IMG/VR virus record: IMGVR_UViG_3300031993_000004
Span: 1-64,000 of that record
DNA: 64,000 bases
Direction: 5' to 3' (one strand)
DNA from: a virus
Lineage: Duplodnaviria; Caudoviricetes
Shown here: positions 36,733-47,357 of the stretch, one piece after another
How positions within the stretch are numbered: position 1 is the first letter of the stretch
How the letters are laid out: each line of letters opens with the position of its first letter
Made by a program: the position numbers and the translations under genes
The notes under the pieces: model-generated
The model's database searches: none
What the model saw: the letters and a program-made list of their open reading frames with translations, nothing else
Told to the model about the DNA's origin: nothing

Positions 36733-37680
36733 ATGACTTTTACGCAATTCAACCGCGCGATCTTTTGTACCCTGTACAACTATTTTGTGAAGGAAAAGAA
36801 GTACGATGCAGTGTATCCGGTGAGCGAACCGCCGGAGAATTATTACGATACAGACGCCATTATTCGGTTTTCCCATATAGAGTTCGGTGAACTCTATGTG
36901 TGGTTCTCACCGACTGGAGTGGTAATTGTTGATCCGAAGACAACAGAGATCATACGGTTTACTGCAACAACAGGCATCTTCAAGTATAGATATTCTAAAT
37001 GTTATCCAACTGCGCTGAATGGAACTTGGGAATCGGATCCTCTCAGATGGGATTCCCAACAGTTTTGGAATCTGTATAATCATGACAGACCTTTTCAGAA
37101 AATCTATGATATGCTTGCTGAACTAGAGATTATGCCGACTGATAGCACAAATAAACTTTGGGAAGATGCAATCGCACGTTATGGTGAATCCGAAATTAAG
37201 ATTGCACGAACCAGGACTGATATAATCAGATCGTGTAAAAATACTCGCTACATTTTTGCATCTGGTTTGACGAAGATCATCGGATTTATGACAATTCCGC
37301 TTGATAAGCTGTATATCGATACTGTCAACACAGGGTGTAATCATACCCGTGAATGCAATGGACACTTCAAGAATGGATATGACTCGTTGTGGATAAAGCA
37401 TTATGACTATTCGAGTACATACATGAATACACTTATCGGTGTATCATGCAACGAGAAAGGTGTTACCCGAGTTATCTGCGGCCGGTTCCGCAATGATAAT
37501 CCTTTGGTAATTCTCCAACTGGATGAACGGTTCTTCTTGATGATGCCGTATCCAGAAATTATCGGAAATGATAAAGCTTCGGAGCTCATATCCAATAGAT
37601 GGTGTGATTTGGTCATTTCAACAACATCAGAGTTTTGCACAACTGCAAACTATAATGTCAACAAGGAGGAATCACAATGA
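36733..37680 (+). CDS. hypothetical protein
   Basis: GAGGAGG RBS. Confidence 0.75.
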   Translation: MTFTQFNRAIFCTLYNYFVKEKKYDAVYPVSEPPENYYDTDAIIRFSHIEFGELYVWFSPTGVVIVDPKTTEIIRFTATTGIFKYRYSKCYPTALNGTWESDPLRWDSQQFWNLYNHDRPFQKIYDMLAELEIMPTDSTNKLWEDAIARYGESEIKIARTRTDIIRSCKNTRYIFASGLTKIIGFMTIPLDKLYIDTVNTGCNHTRECNGHFKNGYDSLWIKHYDYSSTYMNTLIGVSCNEKGVTRVICGRFRNDNPLVILQLDERFFLMMPYPEIIGNDKASELISNRWCDLVISTTSEFCTTANYNVNKEESQ

Positions 37681-38438
37681 GTCAACTTGAACGAACAGAA
37701 GGGATCAAAGCCGAATATGCTGTAACCATAAAACGGCACAGATGTGCCGCATGCGGCATTGAGGTCCCATATGACAATAAACCTGAATGGTGGCCGGATA
37801 ATGAAATCCATCTGTTTGCACGACTCCCGCTGTGCTGGAATTGTGTGATGGAAATCTTTCATGACATCGAACTTCATGAATTGCAGATTCCGCCGTCCAT
37901 AGTTACAAGCACCAGAGCTGAGGCAGAGAGACTGTTCGATGATCAGGAAGACAGATTCGCGGAAATCTGTGTCAGATGCCGTCATATGAAAGTCATTGAC
38001 ACAGATGCTATGGAGGTTAAACCAAAGACATACATTGTTGACCTGTATACGAAAAATCGAGAAGGTATCAAAAAATACTTCGAAAGCGATGCTTATGAAA
38101 GGATGTATAAGGAAGGATACCGCGTCCCGGTTGTGTATCCAATGCCGTCACAAAGTTCGTATGAAAATAATCCGTTGAATTATTTCACTTCACCAACGAA
38201 CTTTGCTGCGGTCGTTGATGAAATCTTATGGGATCATGACCCGGTGTGTCAACATGACAGGGTGAGGATTCGCCAGTACAATACTGCAATTGGTAAACAT
38301 CTTGATGCTACTATTGCAACGAATAAGACAGTGAAGCTGTGTCCAGTCTTCTCGGGTTCTATGAATCCGAACAGTGCCGAGTTTGATATATACCGCGTAA
38401 TTGCGTTCACATTGGAGGTGCCTAATGAGACAAATTAA
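37677..38438 (+). CDS. Cys-rich hypothetical protein
   Basis: CAAC, CWNC, CVRC. Confidence 0.75.
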   Translation: MSQLERTEGIKAEYAVTIKRHRCAACGIEVPYDNKPEWWPDNEIHLFARLPLCWNCVMEIFHDIELHELQIPPSIVTSTRAEAERLFDDQEDRFAEICVRCRHMKVIDTDAMEVKPKTYIVDLYTKNREGIKKYFESDAYERMYKEGYRVPVVYPMPSQSSYENNPLNYFTSPTNFAAVVDEILWDHDPVCQHDRVRIRQYNTAIGKHLDATIATNKTVKLCPVFSGSMNPNSAEFDIYRVIAFTLEVPNETN

Positions 38439-39258
38439 TGCAGATGATTTCAAGTTTGTCACGATGATCCAGATTCGGTTTTATACCATGCCGATTCCGA
38501 AAGGTTTGTATGTATGCCCCGGTAAGACATATGATGCTCTTGTGACGAATGTAAATGAATCAGCGATCTCTATCCTGTTCACAGATGATAGCGGAGCTGT
38601 TATATCTAAGATGATTCCGTATGCAGCGATGAACACGGATGGTGTTAAGGTTATTCCTGTAATGACACACGTGCAAATCAGAAAAACCATGTATTCTCGC
38701 ATCCGTGATGCACAACGTTTTGCATCAGCTGTAAAGTTTGATTATACTGTGTACGAGCTTCTGAGATATGCTGGTTCATACTGTGATGAAAATGCGCTTC
38801 AGTATGCTAAGAAACTTAAACCGAAATCCGGAAAACTTGTACAGATTATTGATGAAGGTTTCATCACAGCTGTGCTGGGTGAGTTTGGATTATATGACTC
38901 GTCAAGTGATCTGCTTAGCATCGATCGGATTCCGTTTGCTATTGCTGATAATAAATCACACACTTATCGAGTGTTGCTCACAAAACATGAATACGGGCAA
39001 TATACATTCAATATTTCTGTCGGTGATAGATTCAACAAAGATTTTCACGGAAATGGTTTCCCGCCGGAAATGATGGAAGATAAGGGTACCTCAAATGGAT
39101 TTGGAACGCATTTCCAAGGGTTTGGTGAATTGGTCAAACTCAGTGCAGCGCACCCTGATTATCGTGCTGACGATACTCTTTCCAGCAATATTCAATCAAT
39201 ATTGATGCGGAAAATGGATCTGTCTGCTGCTGATGAAGAGAGGTCTGATCTGATATGA
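38425..39258 (+). CDS. hypothetical protein
   Basis: GGAGGTG RBS. Confidence 0.75.
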   Translation: MRQINADDFKFVTMIQIRFYTMPIPKGLYVCPGKTYDALVTNVNESAISILFTDDSGAVISKMIPYAAMNTDGVKVIPVMTHVQIRKTMYSRIRDAQRFASAVKFDYTVYELLRYAGSYCDENALQYAKKLKPKSGKLVQIIDEGFITAVLGEFGLYDSSSDLLSIDRIPFAIADNKSHTYRVLLTKHEYGQYTFNISVGDRFNKDFHGNGFPPEMMEDKGTSNGFGTHFQGFGELVKLSAAHPDYRADDTLSSNIQSILMRKMDLSAADEERSDLI

Positions 39259-39683
39259 CAAAACGCCAGAAGAAAAAGTTGGCAAAACGGATGGGTTTGT
39301 TCCATTATCGAGATTACAAGTTTATCTGTAAGGCTCGAAAATGCATGGCGGACGTTGATAGTGCTATTGCGTTATGGAATGAGAAACACCGTGGGTGGAT
39401 CAACAGCATGCAGAAAGATTTTGAAGCAAAGATCGTAGCATTGTATCGCACAATGCTACGATCTGAATCGTCACTCGATGACATCAAAGATATGCTTCAA
39501 ATTTGTGAGAGCAGAAGGGCTGAAATAATACCCGATGATTATTTGGATCAATTGTCGCTGAGCGTATATAAAGCGAACAAAAGAATTCCTATCCCGTTGG
39601 ATATTATCTATACCCCTTCTCAAATCGATGAATTTGAAACAATGCTCAAAGCCGAAATGGAGAAAGAAGGTCTCGACAAATGA
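39255..39683 (+). CDS. basic-tag family protein (divergent)
   Basis: MTKRQKKKLAKRMGLFHYRDYK. Confidence 0.7.
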   Translation: MTKRQKKKLAKRMGLFHYRDYKFICKARKCMADVDSAIALWNEKHRGWINSMQKDFEAKIVALYRTMLRSESSLDDIKDMLQICESRRAEIIPDDYLDQLSLSVYKANKRIPIPLDIIYTPSQIDEFETMLKAEMEKEGLDK

Positions 39684-39758
39684 ATGATCCTGGTAAAGGA
39701 AACAGTATTCTCGATCATCATGACATATTATTCGGAGAAAAATCGATAATTAAAGGAG

Positions 39759-40469
39759 ATGAACATGATGACATTCATGATCACGACACATCGGTTACCG
39801 GGTGCCCGGGAGTATCTTCCAGACGATCTGGTGAAAACAATTCCATGGGATGCGTTTTACGTGAAGAGCATAATGGACATTGCTCGTCTGGAGGCGGCAT
39901 GTAAACCTACACCGATTCCGGAATGGACAGAATTTTGCAGAATATATCATGGACAATATAAATTCGGACATAGATTTATGGTCAATACACGACGTGTGTT
40001 CACATTCGAGTGTCCCGAATGTCATGCAAGTAGGGAGCTTCCGTATAATCTCATCCAAATGTATATCAAAAATGCTATTGCGGCTGACCGTCTCAGGTCT
40101 GGATATGCTCGTGTGTTCGGCGGTGGATTCACATGTGTGAATTGCAATTTGTATGTTGGATATCCATTCTGGGCAGGATGCGTTTCCGTGAAGCGTGTCA
40201 CATCATCAACAGTCGAACGTGCATCCAGTATAGGTGCTGACAACCTGAAAGATGAATTCAGTCAGTTTGATGATGAATACTGCTGGAATATATCAGATGA
40301 AATCGTACGGGAAATGCTGATATATGGCGACGCATTTTTTCGGAAGCCGTATTCCCATCATAAGTATTCCCATCATAAGTATCTCAGAGATCTCCATGTT
40401 CGCGGATATCATTCGAACAAAGGATTTCTTGAGAATAAGAAACCGTCCAAAAGGAAGCATCATCATTAA
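39759..40469 (+). CDS. zinc-binding hypothetical protein
   Basis: FECPEC...FTCVNC; AAAGGAG RBS. Confidence 0.7.
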   Translation: MNMMTFMITTHRLPGAREYLPDDLVKTIPWDAFYVKSIMDIARLEAACKPTPIPEWTEFCRIYHGQYKFGHRFMVNTRRVFTFECPECHASRELPYNLIQMYIKNAIAADRLRSGYARVFGGGFTCVNCNLYVGYPFWAGCVSVKRVTSSTVERASSIGADNLKDEFSQFDDEYCWNISDEIVREMLIYGDAFFRKPYSHHKYSHHKYLRDLHVRGYHSNKGFLENKKPSKRKHHH

Positions 40470-40483
40470 TAAAGGAGGATATT

Positions 40484-41254
40484 ATGGATGAACCGAAAGT
40501 TTTGACGTTTTCCGAAGCGTCAAAAATCGACATCATGGAGGATGAAACCGAACGTAAACGATTGTTGCGAGAGGCGAGACTGCTCAAAGAAGCATTTCCC
40601 GATAATTACATGAACATGGTGGGATATGAGAGATGTCAGTCTATGATCGAACGTTTAACCCGAAATATCGATTTAACCATGCAACACGCATCTCACTTCG
40701 CCAGACTTGATGAGGTGCTCGAAAAGCTCTTGCAACGTGTACAACTGAAACCGCTCGACTACGGTTACTGGTTGATGCGACAATCGAAAGCATATGAAAG
40801 GCCGTGCATGCAAAAGATTGCCGCCTGGGATTGTAAAAATCTGGCGATCGATTTGGATAATCATAAGCATACCAGCGAACTCAGCGTATTTAAGCCGGCA
40901 GCGTTGTATTTTGAATTTCCAGGATACAGTGGAACAATTCTATATATGCGCGCGTTTGCAGAAGGAAAACCAGGTTCGATTATCTTGGAAGTCGGTATTC
41001 AGGTTGTGGACAACCTCGAAGCATACGGTGTATATCACGAAGATCGCAAAGAATACGCGACAATTGAAACATGTAATTTCCAGCCGTATTACAAAAACAA
41101 ATGTTTCTCGTTTGCATTCGAAGACATCAATGAACGAGATGAACTTACATGTTTAAATATAGGCTACGTTGAAGGTGTCTGGCAAATTCTGACCGGAATT
41201 ATTAAGGATGGATACATGGATCTGTTCGGTTTTGAGGAAGGGGAAAACAAATGA
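40484..41254 (+). CDS. hypothetical protein, paralog of 24634
   Basis: AAAGGAGG RBS; shared motif. Confidence 0.75.
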   Translation: MDEPKVLTFSEASKIDIMEDETERKRLLREARLLKEAFPDNYMNMVGYERCQSMIERLTRNIDLTMQHASHFARLDEVLEKLLQRVQLKPLDYGYWLMRQSKAYERPCMQKIAAWDCKNLAIDLDNHKHTSELSVFKPAALYFEFPGYSGTILYMRAFAEGKPGSIILEVGIQVVDNLEAYGVYHEDRKEYATIETCNFQPYYKNKCFSFAFEDINERDELTCLNIGYVEGVWQILTGIIKDGYMDLFGFEEGENK

Positions 41255-42096
41255 AACTGATTGTATATGATCGGAGAGATGCCATCACATATATGGCTCC
41301 GATTATCACAAATGCATGCAGAGATTTCGCCAGCAAGGTAGCGCCACAGGGTGGTGGTGTCTATTCGCAGGTGACAGTCGATTTCAATTTGACATCGTTC
41401 GGATACACAATTAACAAAGTTAATCCGAAAACACTGATCACGGTCATGGTTGATTACAGTTATCATTGTCCAATGATCATCGTCGGTGTTCCATTTCTCA
41501 GAGACGATCTCTTCTTCAAAATTACATTCGTAAATACGAATGAAGATGTTGAAGATTATCCAGAAGAATGGGCATTCAAACTGGAATACTGCAGCGATCG
41601 GTGGGGTCACAATGTGATTGAAAGGAGAGCTATAGCGCTCTCAGTGTCACATTTAAGCGCGAAGTTCATCGAACTGGTCGAACTCATGGAACGGCTTGTG
41701 AACTTCGGAACCAGTAACACATTCATGACAATCTCAATGCAAGACAGATGTGATGCTGAAGAGGATGTGGGCGAAGAAGCTGACGAGGAGATTCCCGTCG
41801 AAGAATCGGATGAAACACCGGAAGAACAACCAGTTCACAAAATGCGAAGATTCGCCGGCATGATGCCCGTGAATGAAATCGAACGGACAGAGACATTCAA
41901 AGACAAATATGGGCATGAGGTTCGTATTGACGCAGGTCCGAACGGCTGGACAGTTAGATACGCAGATATGAGTTCCAATTACAAAGACGAGTCCATCGGC
42001 ACTGATGCAAACTTCAAGAATGCATATGACACTGCTGCGACTCGTGTTGGACCTCTCACACCTGTGAAAACGAAACAAAAAGAGGAGGAAGAGTGA
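41251..42096 (+). CDS. two-domain hypothetical protein joined by an acidic linker
   Basis: C-terminal module MRRFAGMMP...IDAGPNGWTVRYAD. Confidence 0.7.
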   Translation: MKLIVYDRRDAITYMAPIITNACRDFASKVAPQGGGVYSQVTVDFNLTSFGYTINKVNPKTLITVMVDYSYHCPMIIVGVPFLRDDLFFKITFVNTNEDVEDYPEEWAFKLEYCSDRWGHNVIERRAIALSVSHLSAKFIELVELMERLVNFGTSNTFMTISMQDRCDAEEDVGEEADEEIPVEESDETPEEQPVHKMRRFAGMMPVNEIERTETFKDKYGHEVRIDAGPNGWTVRYADMSSNYKDESIGTDANFKNAYDTAATRVGPLTPVKTKQKEEEE

Positions 42097-42097
42097 T

Positions 42098-43120
42098 ATG
42101 ATAATCATTCCCCAAGCCGCGATGTATCTTGATCTGACTGGTCTTACCCAGTATCAGATCATCGAACGAGCGGCACGGACTTGTTATAAGTCCGAAGACA
42201 AAATCACCGACGATTCTGCAGCAAAGATTGTTACGAGACTGGTGAAATCCGGTCATCTTGCGATGATCGAATTTGGCTATGTCTACATGAAGATTACCGG
42301 GATCGATTTCCTGGAATTCTTCCATGATAACAGACCACATTTCATTCACATGGCCGGCGAATATGCGGTCGGAAACTTCCGCGCATTCTATGACTGGTTT
42401 ACGATGATCCTGAATGGCAAATACAGTGCGGACCTCAGCTTCTATCTTGATGAAATGCTGGACCTCATCTGGGCTCTGAGTAAGAAGTATCCAGAGATCT
42501 ACAAAGATCTCTACGACAAACTTCATGCGAAGTTTGAACCGGACTACAAATTTCACGGCGTGATCAGTGATCCGGATGACATCACATATCCGTTCAGGTT
42601 CCTCAGTCGGGAAGACTTCATCAAAGATTTCAAGGAAGATAACAGCATGCCTTCTGCATGTCTGAGCCATCTGATTCCACATGTCATGATGTTCACTACA
42701 AACCGTGGTGTCACTCACGAGCTTGTCAGACATCGTGAGGAAGAAACCTATGCGATGGAGAGCACCCGATACTGCAAATATGACATCGAAAAGTTCGGTG
42801 GTGAGCTCACGATCATCGAACCGATGAAGGAGATCCGTGACAATCCGGAAGCTTATGAAAGATGGCTGAAGGATACCAGAGCTGATGAGGAATCATATAT
42901 GTGGTTTGTCAAGAATGGCATCTCTGCACAGGCCGCTCGTGGAAGACTTCCGCATGACATCAAGGCTGACATCTGGAACTGCTGTTTCGAGGAGCAGTGG
43001 CAGCATAAGACGGATCTTCGGTATCATGAGACTACTGGTCCCGCACATCCGCAGTTCAAAGAGCTGATGGCACTTGCTCTGCCGGATCTCAATAAATTCT
43101 CTGAAGGGAGAATCACGTAA
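42098..43120 (+). CDS. thyX: FAD-dependent thymidylate synthase
   Basis: IERAARTCYKS, GHLAMIEF, RGVTHELVRHR-x7-STRY, QAARGRLP, AHPQ. Confidence 0.93.
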   Translation: MIIIPQAAMYLDLTGLTQYQIIERAARTCYKSEDKITDDSAAKIVTRLVKSGHLAMIEFGYVYMKITGIDFLEFFHDNRPHFIHMAGEYAVGNFRAFYDWFTMILNGKYSADLSFYLDEMLDLIWALSKKYPEIYKDLYDKLHAKFEPDYKFHGVISDPDDITYPFRFLSREDFIKDFKEDNSMPSACLSHLIPHVMMFTTNRGVTHELVRHREEETYAMESTRYCKYDIEKFGGELTIIEPMKEIRDNPEAYERWLKDTRADEESYMWFVKNGISAQAARGRLPHDIKADIWNCCFEEQWQHKTDLRYHETTGPAHPQFKELMALALPDLNKFSEGRIT

Positions 43121-43680
43121 TGCCTATTCAGATCAAGCCGAGCGACTCTGCGGAAACTCCCGAGTACGGCAAGAAACTCGGTCAGGACATCCCGCCCCAA
43201 ACAGGCATCCGCTATTACGAAGGGGAACTGAGTGAATTTACTTCTGCGTCATTTGCCCCTCTGCCACGTCTTCCGAAAGGACGTACGTTTTGCTGTCATT
43301 GTTTGGCATTTTTAATCGATGTCCCGACAGAAATTTGCACCGTTCATGAAGTCTTTGAACAGTTGCCTGAATATATCCTATGCCATCTGTATAATGTGAT
43401 GGACAGAACTCCTCAACAAATTGAGTTCCAGATGAGAATGCTTGACCGGGATATCGACGATTTCGGAACAAAAGGAAAACTTCCCGGATGCAATGTTCCA
43501 GTGATCACAACTTCTCTCATCAATGAACTTGAAGGAGAAAAAGAACGGCTGAGCAATGATCTTGATTTCTGCAAATGGTGGCAAGGCGTTAAAGATACTC
43601 CACTCGGTGAAGCCGTCAAAACCGAACTCGTTAAACTCGTGAGACAGAAACGGGCTGGTGAAGAAACTATTTGGCTGTGA
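43120..43680 (+). CDS. hypothetical protein
   Basis: coupled to thyX. Confidence 0.7.
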   Translation: MPIQIKPSDSAETPEYGKKLGQDIPPQTGIRYYEGELSEFTSASFAPLPRLPKGRTFCCHCLAFLIDVPTEICTVHEVFEQLPEYILCHLYNVMDRTPQQIEFQMRMLDRDIDDFGTKGKLPGCNVPVITTSLINELEGEKERLSNDLDFCKWWQGVKDTPLGEAVKTELVKLVRQKRAGEETIWL

Positions 43681-43692
43681 GGTGAAAGATAA

Positions 43693-44037
43693 ATGATACA
43701 TGGAGGAACAGTCGTTCCGGAAGCACGACACCGTATGCATATTGATAGACATCATGAAAATGACTTATGGAAGATTGAGATTGCGGGTCATACTGCACTC
43801 ATATGTCCAACGGATTCCAATATCAAATATGTATATTATCGGGGATACTGGTTTCATCTCATCGTTGATGAATTCGTGTGTTTCCGGGATGACACGCAAG
43901 AAACATTGCGCAAACGTTTCGATGACACCATCGCCAGCGAGCTCCTGAAATATATCGAGGAGCATCATATCCACTTTGACGAGGAGGGATCTGATGGTAA
44001 CGTACACAGTACAAAAACAGACTCTGAAACTGATTGA
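43693..44037 (+). CDS. hypothetical protein
   Basis: GAGGTG RBS. Confidence 0.65.
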   Translation: MIHGGTVVPEARHRMHIDRHHENDLWKIEIAGHTALICPTDSNIKYVYYRGYWFHLIVDEFVCFRDDTQETLRKRFDDTIASELLKYIEEHHIHFDEEGSDGNVHSTKTDSETD

Positions 44038-44221
44038 CACATATACGACCCAAGAGCAAAAAGAAGTCTTGGGTCGGCCTATGGAGATCACTACTCGGGT
44101 CAAGAAATATATCGGTTCTGTAGATCGTCAGAATGAAGAACCGTTGACACCAAGTGACATGCAACGAATCGAACCCGCGATCGTTTTGGTGCCGGAAATC
44201 ATCAGTGTCAAATATTTGTGA
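43994..44221 (+). CDS. small hypothetical protein
   Basis: GAGGAGG RBS. Confidence 0.6.
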   Translation: MVTYTVQKQTLKLIDTYTTQEQKEVLGRPMEITTRVKKYIGSVDRQNEEPLTPSDMQRIEPAIVLVPEIISVKYL

Positions 44222-44225
44222 TATT

Positions 44226-44265
44226 TAATGGGGTGGCGAAAGCCACCCCATTATACTTTATTTTT
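44226..44265 (+). terminator. terminator-like hairpin
   Basis: TAATGGGGTGGC-GAAA-GCCACCCCATTA. Confidence 0.75.
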
Positions 44266-44281
44266 GGAGGATGATATAGAA

Positions 44282-45037
44282 ATGAAGAATGTCAGATGTT
44301 ATCCATTCCAACAGTTCACGTATGAACCGTACACGCAAAGACAAAAGACTCCGACATATTACAATGATATCGTGACGCATTACACAGTGACTTATGGTAT
44401 CGAAGACAAATTCTTTCAAGATGATGTCATTGTTGGTGTTCAATTCGAGCCGAGTGATAATGAGCATGACATCATCAATTTCATGAACATTGTCATGGGA
44501 AATCCGCATGTACGTGCGATTGTAGTAGATGATACGGCTATCGACAAAAACATGAGGGACTATGCAGTTCGATCAAATATCGACTACAAATATCCGAAGT
44601 CAGACTTTGTGTATATGAAAGAAAACGCTTATCACAATAGAACATGCTATGTTCGGCCGCCCGAGTTATGCAAATTATATGATGATATGAAAGAGCGTAT
44701 CTGGAAGGCTTTCGAGAAACGTATATCATGGAACATCAGCGAACTTCTCGTCATCAAAGACGAATCTCATTTGTATTCACAGGAAGCATCGATTGATGTA
44801 AAGTTTTCTGATGAAAATCGTTCGTGTCATGTCTGTTTCAAAAATCCGGATAGATTATTCGATGAGCGTTGTATCAAAATCCAGATTAATGGACGAAGTT
44901 CTTTGGACATAAATGATACTGAAAATCGGGTAAATCCAAAACGTGGGATCGAATACAGTGACGATTCATGGTTGACAAAAGTTCAGCGATTCTTTATTGA
45001 TGATCTGAATAAGTTCATCCGGCATTATGTGGATTGA
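44282..45037 (+). CDS. hypothetical protein
   Basis: GGAGG RBS. Confidence 0.75.
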   Translation: MKNVRCYPFQQFTYEPYTQRQKTPTYYNDIVTHYTVTYGIEDKFFQDDVIVGVQFEPSDNEHDIINFMNIVMGNPHVRAIVVDDTAIDKNMRDYAVRSNIDYKYPKSDFVYMKENAYHNRTCYVRPPELCKLYDDMKERIWKAFEKRISWNISELLVIKDESHLYSQEASIDVKFSDENRSCHVCFKNPDRLFDERCIKIQINGRSSLDINDTENRVNPKRGIEYSDDSWLTKVQRFFIDDLNKFIRHYVD

Positions 45038-45056
45038 TATCAAGGAGGATATAAAA

Positions 45057-46730
45057 ATGCCTGCAGAGAAACACAATTTCAAATTTCGTCCTGAAGATTA
45101 CTTCAAAACCGGAAGACCCTATGAGATGACAATGGCGACCAACACGCACATCTTCAAAGAACTGACAGAAGGTCGCAGTTTTGTAAATGAATGTGGAGAT
45201 GACGCATGCGGACATTTCAGAACGACCGTAATTTGTGATGGTTTCACTGGAGACAACACAGAAGTGAGCTTCATTTATTACGACGAAGAAATGCATATGA
45301 CAAATCATTTTCTGTTGTCCGCTGATGTTTTGGCCAAGTCTATTGGCCTTCAGCCCAATGGCAAATTGATCGACAGCAATCGTGACGATTATGTCTGTCT
45401 TACAAGAATCCCCGCGGAATCATGGAAAGGCGGACCTACCGAAGATTGTTTTGGCAGTATTTCCGGTAATGTTCCATCATTCATGCTCGAGTACGTTATT
45501 CAGAAAAATGATGATGATATTACTGGAGATGAATATGAAATCGGAAAAGCCTACTATATTAAGGCCGGCAGGGTAATTCCTGGCTATTCTATCCAGGACA
45601 GATCTGTGATTTGTGGATGCGTTGGCATATTTATCGGATATGATGAAAATAAATTTGCCAGATTCTTTGTCGCATACGGCAATGATTTCGCTCAAGCCAT
45701 TGAAATGAAATTCGAATTCTCGAGAGACTACATCAGACAGTGGGAACTCAGCATTACTGAAATGCCGATGATTAATCATGTAGAAACCATCGAAAATCCA
45801 ACTGAGAATAATCATGAATATGTTATATGCAACAACGGAAACGTTGTAAATCTTCCTATAAAGAAATACACGTTCAGACATGATAAAGATGACGAACCAT
45901 ATTTCGTCCCGGGTATGCCGTATGTCTTGGCATGTATTCAGGATGGTGAATTCTATCAACGAATCAAAACACAAGCAATTGCGAGATGTGAGCTCGGCGA
46001 AACCGATGCTGTCGACAACATGCTTACAGAACTGCGCGAGTTTACGCAGAATCCGGATGGGTCATATGAGAGAGTCCCGGGTTGGTGCACACTGACAATT
46101 GCTACGTTTAAAGAATTCACCGATGACTATACTCGTGCATGGTTCTATGTCAGCATGTATGGAAAAATGTGCACATTTTATATTACCGCAGATGAAGTGA
46201 TGCGGAATATTGACGAAAATGCATGGACTTTTCATCATGACGATAAAAAGAAAATGGGTGAGTTGTTCTGGTTGATAAAACTGGATCGTCTGCCGGCTTT
46301 GTATAATATGACATTCATCAATACGCTTGGTTCATCCGGTATATATGATTCTATCGTATGCCCTTCACATGTCATCAAAACACACTGTGCGAAATTCGAT
46401 ACGAATTTGTTTAAGTTCGGTCATGCATATTGGATTCAGAGTGATTATTATAAAGAAATGCAGTGTGATGTAAAAGATACTATTGCATTGGCTGTTGGCT
46501 CTGGTGTCATTGCATTGTTTATCGGATATGATGAACACGACACATACGCACGATTCATATTTGTACTGAACGGAGCGGGAGAAGACAGCGAGGTTCCGGC
46601 GATGACATGTACCGCCAATTATACTCTGGAAAAACTCAAGAAAGACAAAATCAACATTACGCATATATCTCCGGATAATGCAAAACACTTGATTGATTTC
46701 TGCAAATCACGTATCGAAGAGGTGAAATAA
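45057..46730 (+). CDS. protein with four tandem small beta-barrel-like repeats
   Basis: YFKTGRPY, YEIGKAYY, FVPGMPYV, FKFGHAYW; FIGYDE..ARF twice. Confidence 0.75.
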   Translation: MPAEKHNFKFRPEDYFKTGRPYEMTMATNTHIFKELTEGRSFVNECGDDACGHFRTTVICDGFTGDNTEVSFIYYDEEMHMTNHFLLSADVLAKSIGLQPNGKLIDSNRDDYVCLTRIPAESWKGGPTEDCFGSISGNVPSFMLEYVIQKNDDDITGDEYEIGKAYYIKAGRVIPGYSIQDRSVICGCVGIFIGYDENKFARFFVAYGNDFAQAIEMKFEFSRDYIRQWELSITEMPMINHVETIENPTENNHEYVICNNGNVVNLPIKKYTFRHDKDDEPYFVPGMPYVLACIQDGEFYQRIKTQAIARCELGETDAVDNMLTELREFTQNPDGSYERVPGWCTLTIATFKEFTDDYTRAWFYVSMYGKMCTFYITADEVMRNIDENAWTFHHDDKKKMGELFWLIKLDRLPALYNMTFINTLGSSGIYDSIVCPSHVIKTHCAKFDTNLFKFGHAYWIQSDYYKEMQCDVKDTIALAVGSGVIALFIGYDEHDTYARFIFVLNGAGEDSEVPAMTCTANYTLEKLKKDKINITHISPDNAKHLIDFCKSRIEEVK

Positions 46731-47357
46731 ATGAGCACATGGACATTTCCGGTTGATGAAAATGGAAAGCTTGACATGACGGCTGCGTCGCTGGAGGACC
46801 TTGAAGCTGCATTCCGGATAAGACGCAGAGCGGAAGGTGAGCTGACTAGGTTGGAAGATCCTGAAGGAGATATCGAGCAAATTGAGACTGACATTGGTCT
46901 CAACGAACGCGAGTGGGCAAACATAAAGTCATATTACGAAACTCGCATCAAACAAATGAACGATAAAATGCAGAATCCGCGTTGTAATTCCAACAAAAGT
47001 GTTCTTGCGATTGTACACCATATTGAAGTTCTAAACGCAAATCTTGAGGCGCACGAAAAAGAATATCGTGAAAAACAAGAAGCCTTGCAGAAAGAACTCA
47101 ATAAGCTTCAAGATACAAAGAAAGCATGCAAAGCCGTTTTACCGTTTGATTTGGCTCAGATCCGAGTGTACGCGGCAAACAAGTATCACTGTGATGTCTC
47201 AAAAGGTTATCCCCATCCAGGTGCATTTGCGGATCCCCTTTGTCATGATCATGTAAATCGATATGTGTCGGATTGTGCGAAGCTGCAATGGCATGAAGGG
47301 TGGGAAAACGGCACATCTGTGTACCCGGAGAATCCACCGGATGGGAGGATCGTATAA
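46731..47357 (+). CDS. coiled-coil hypothetical protein
   Basis: GAGGTG RBS; heptad pattern. Confidence 0.7.
   Translation: MSTWTFPVDENGKLDMTAASLEDLEAAFRIRRRAEGELTRLEDPEGDIEQIETDIGLNEREWANIKSYYETRIKQMNDKMQNPRCNSNKSVLAIVHHIEVLNANLEAHEKEYREKQEALQKELNKLQDTKKACKAVLPFDLAQIRVYAANKYHCDVSKGYPHPGAFADPLCHDHVNRYVSDCAKLQWHEGWENGTSVYPENPPDGRIV

Noticed and set aside
40349-40381. 15-nt tandem duplication GTATTCCCATCATAA
   Set aside because: Two copies only, in frame (YSHHK twice); simple slippage.
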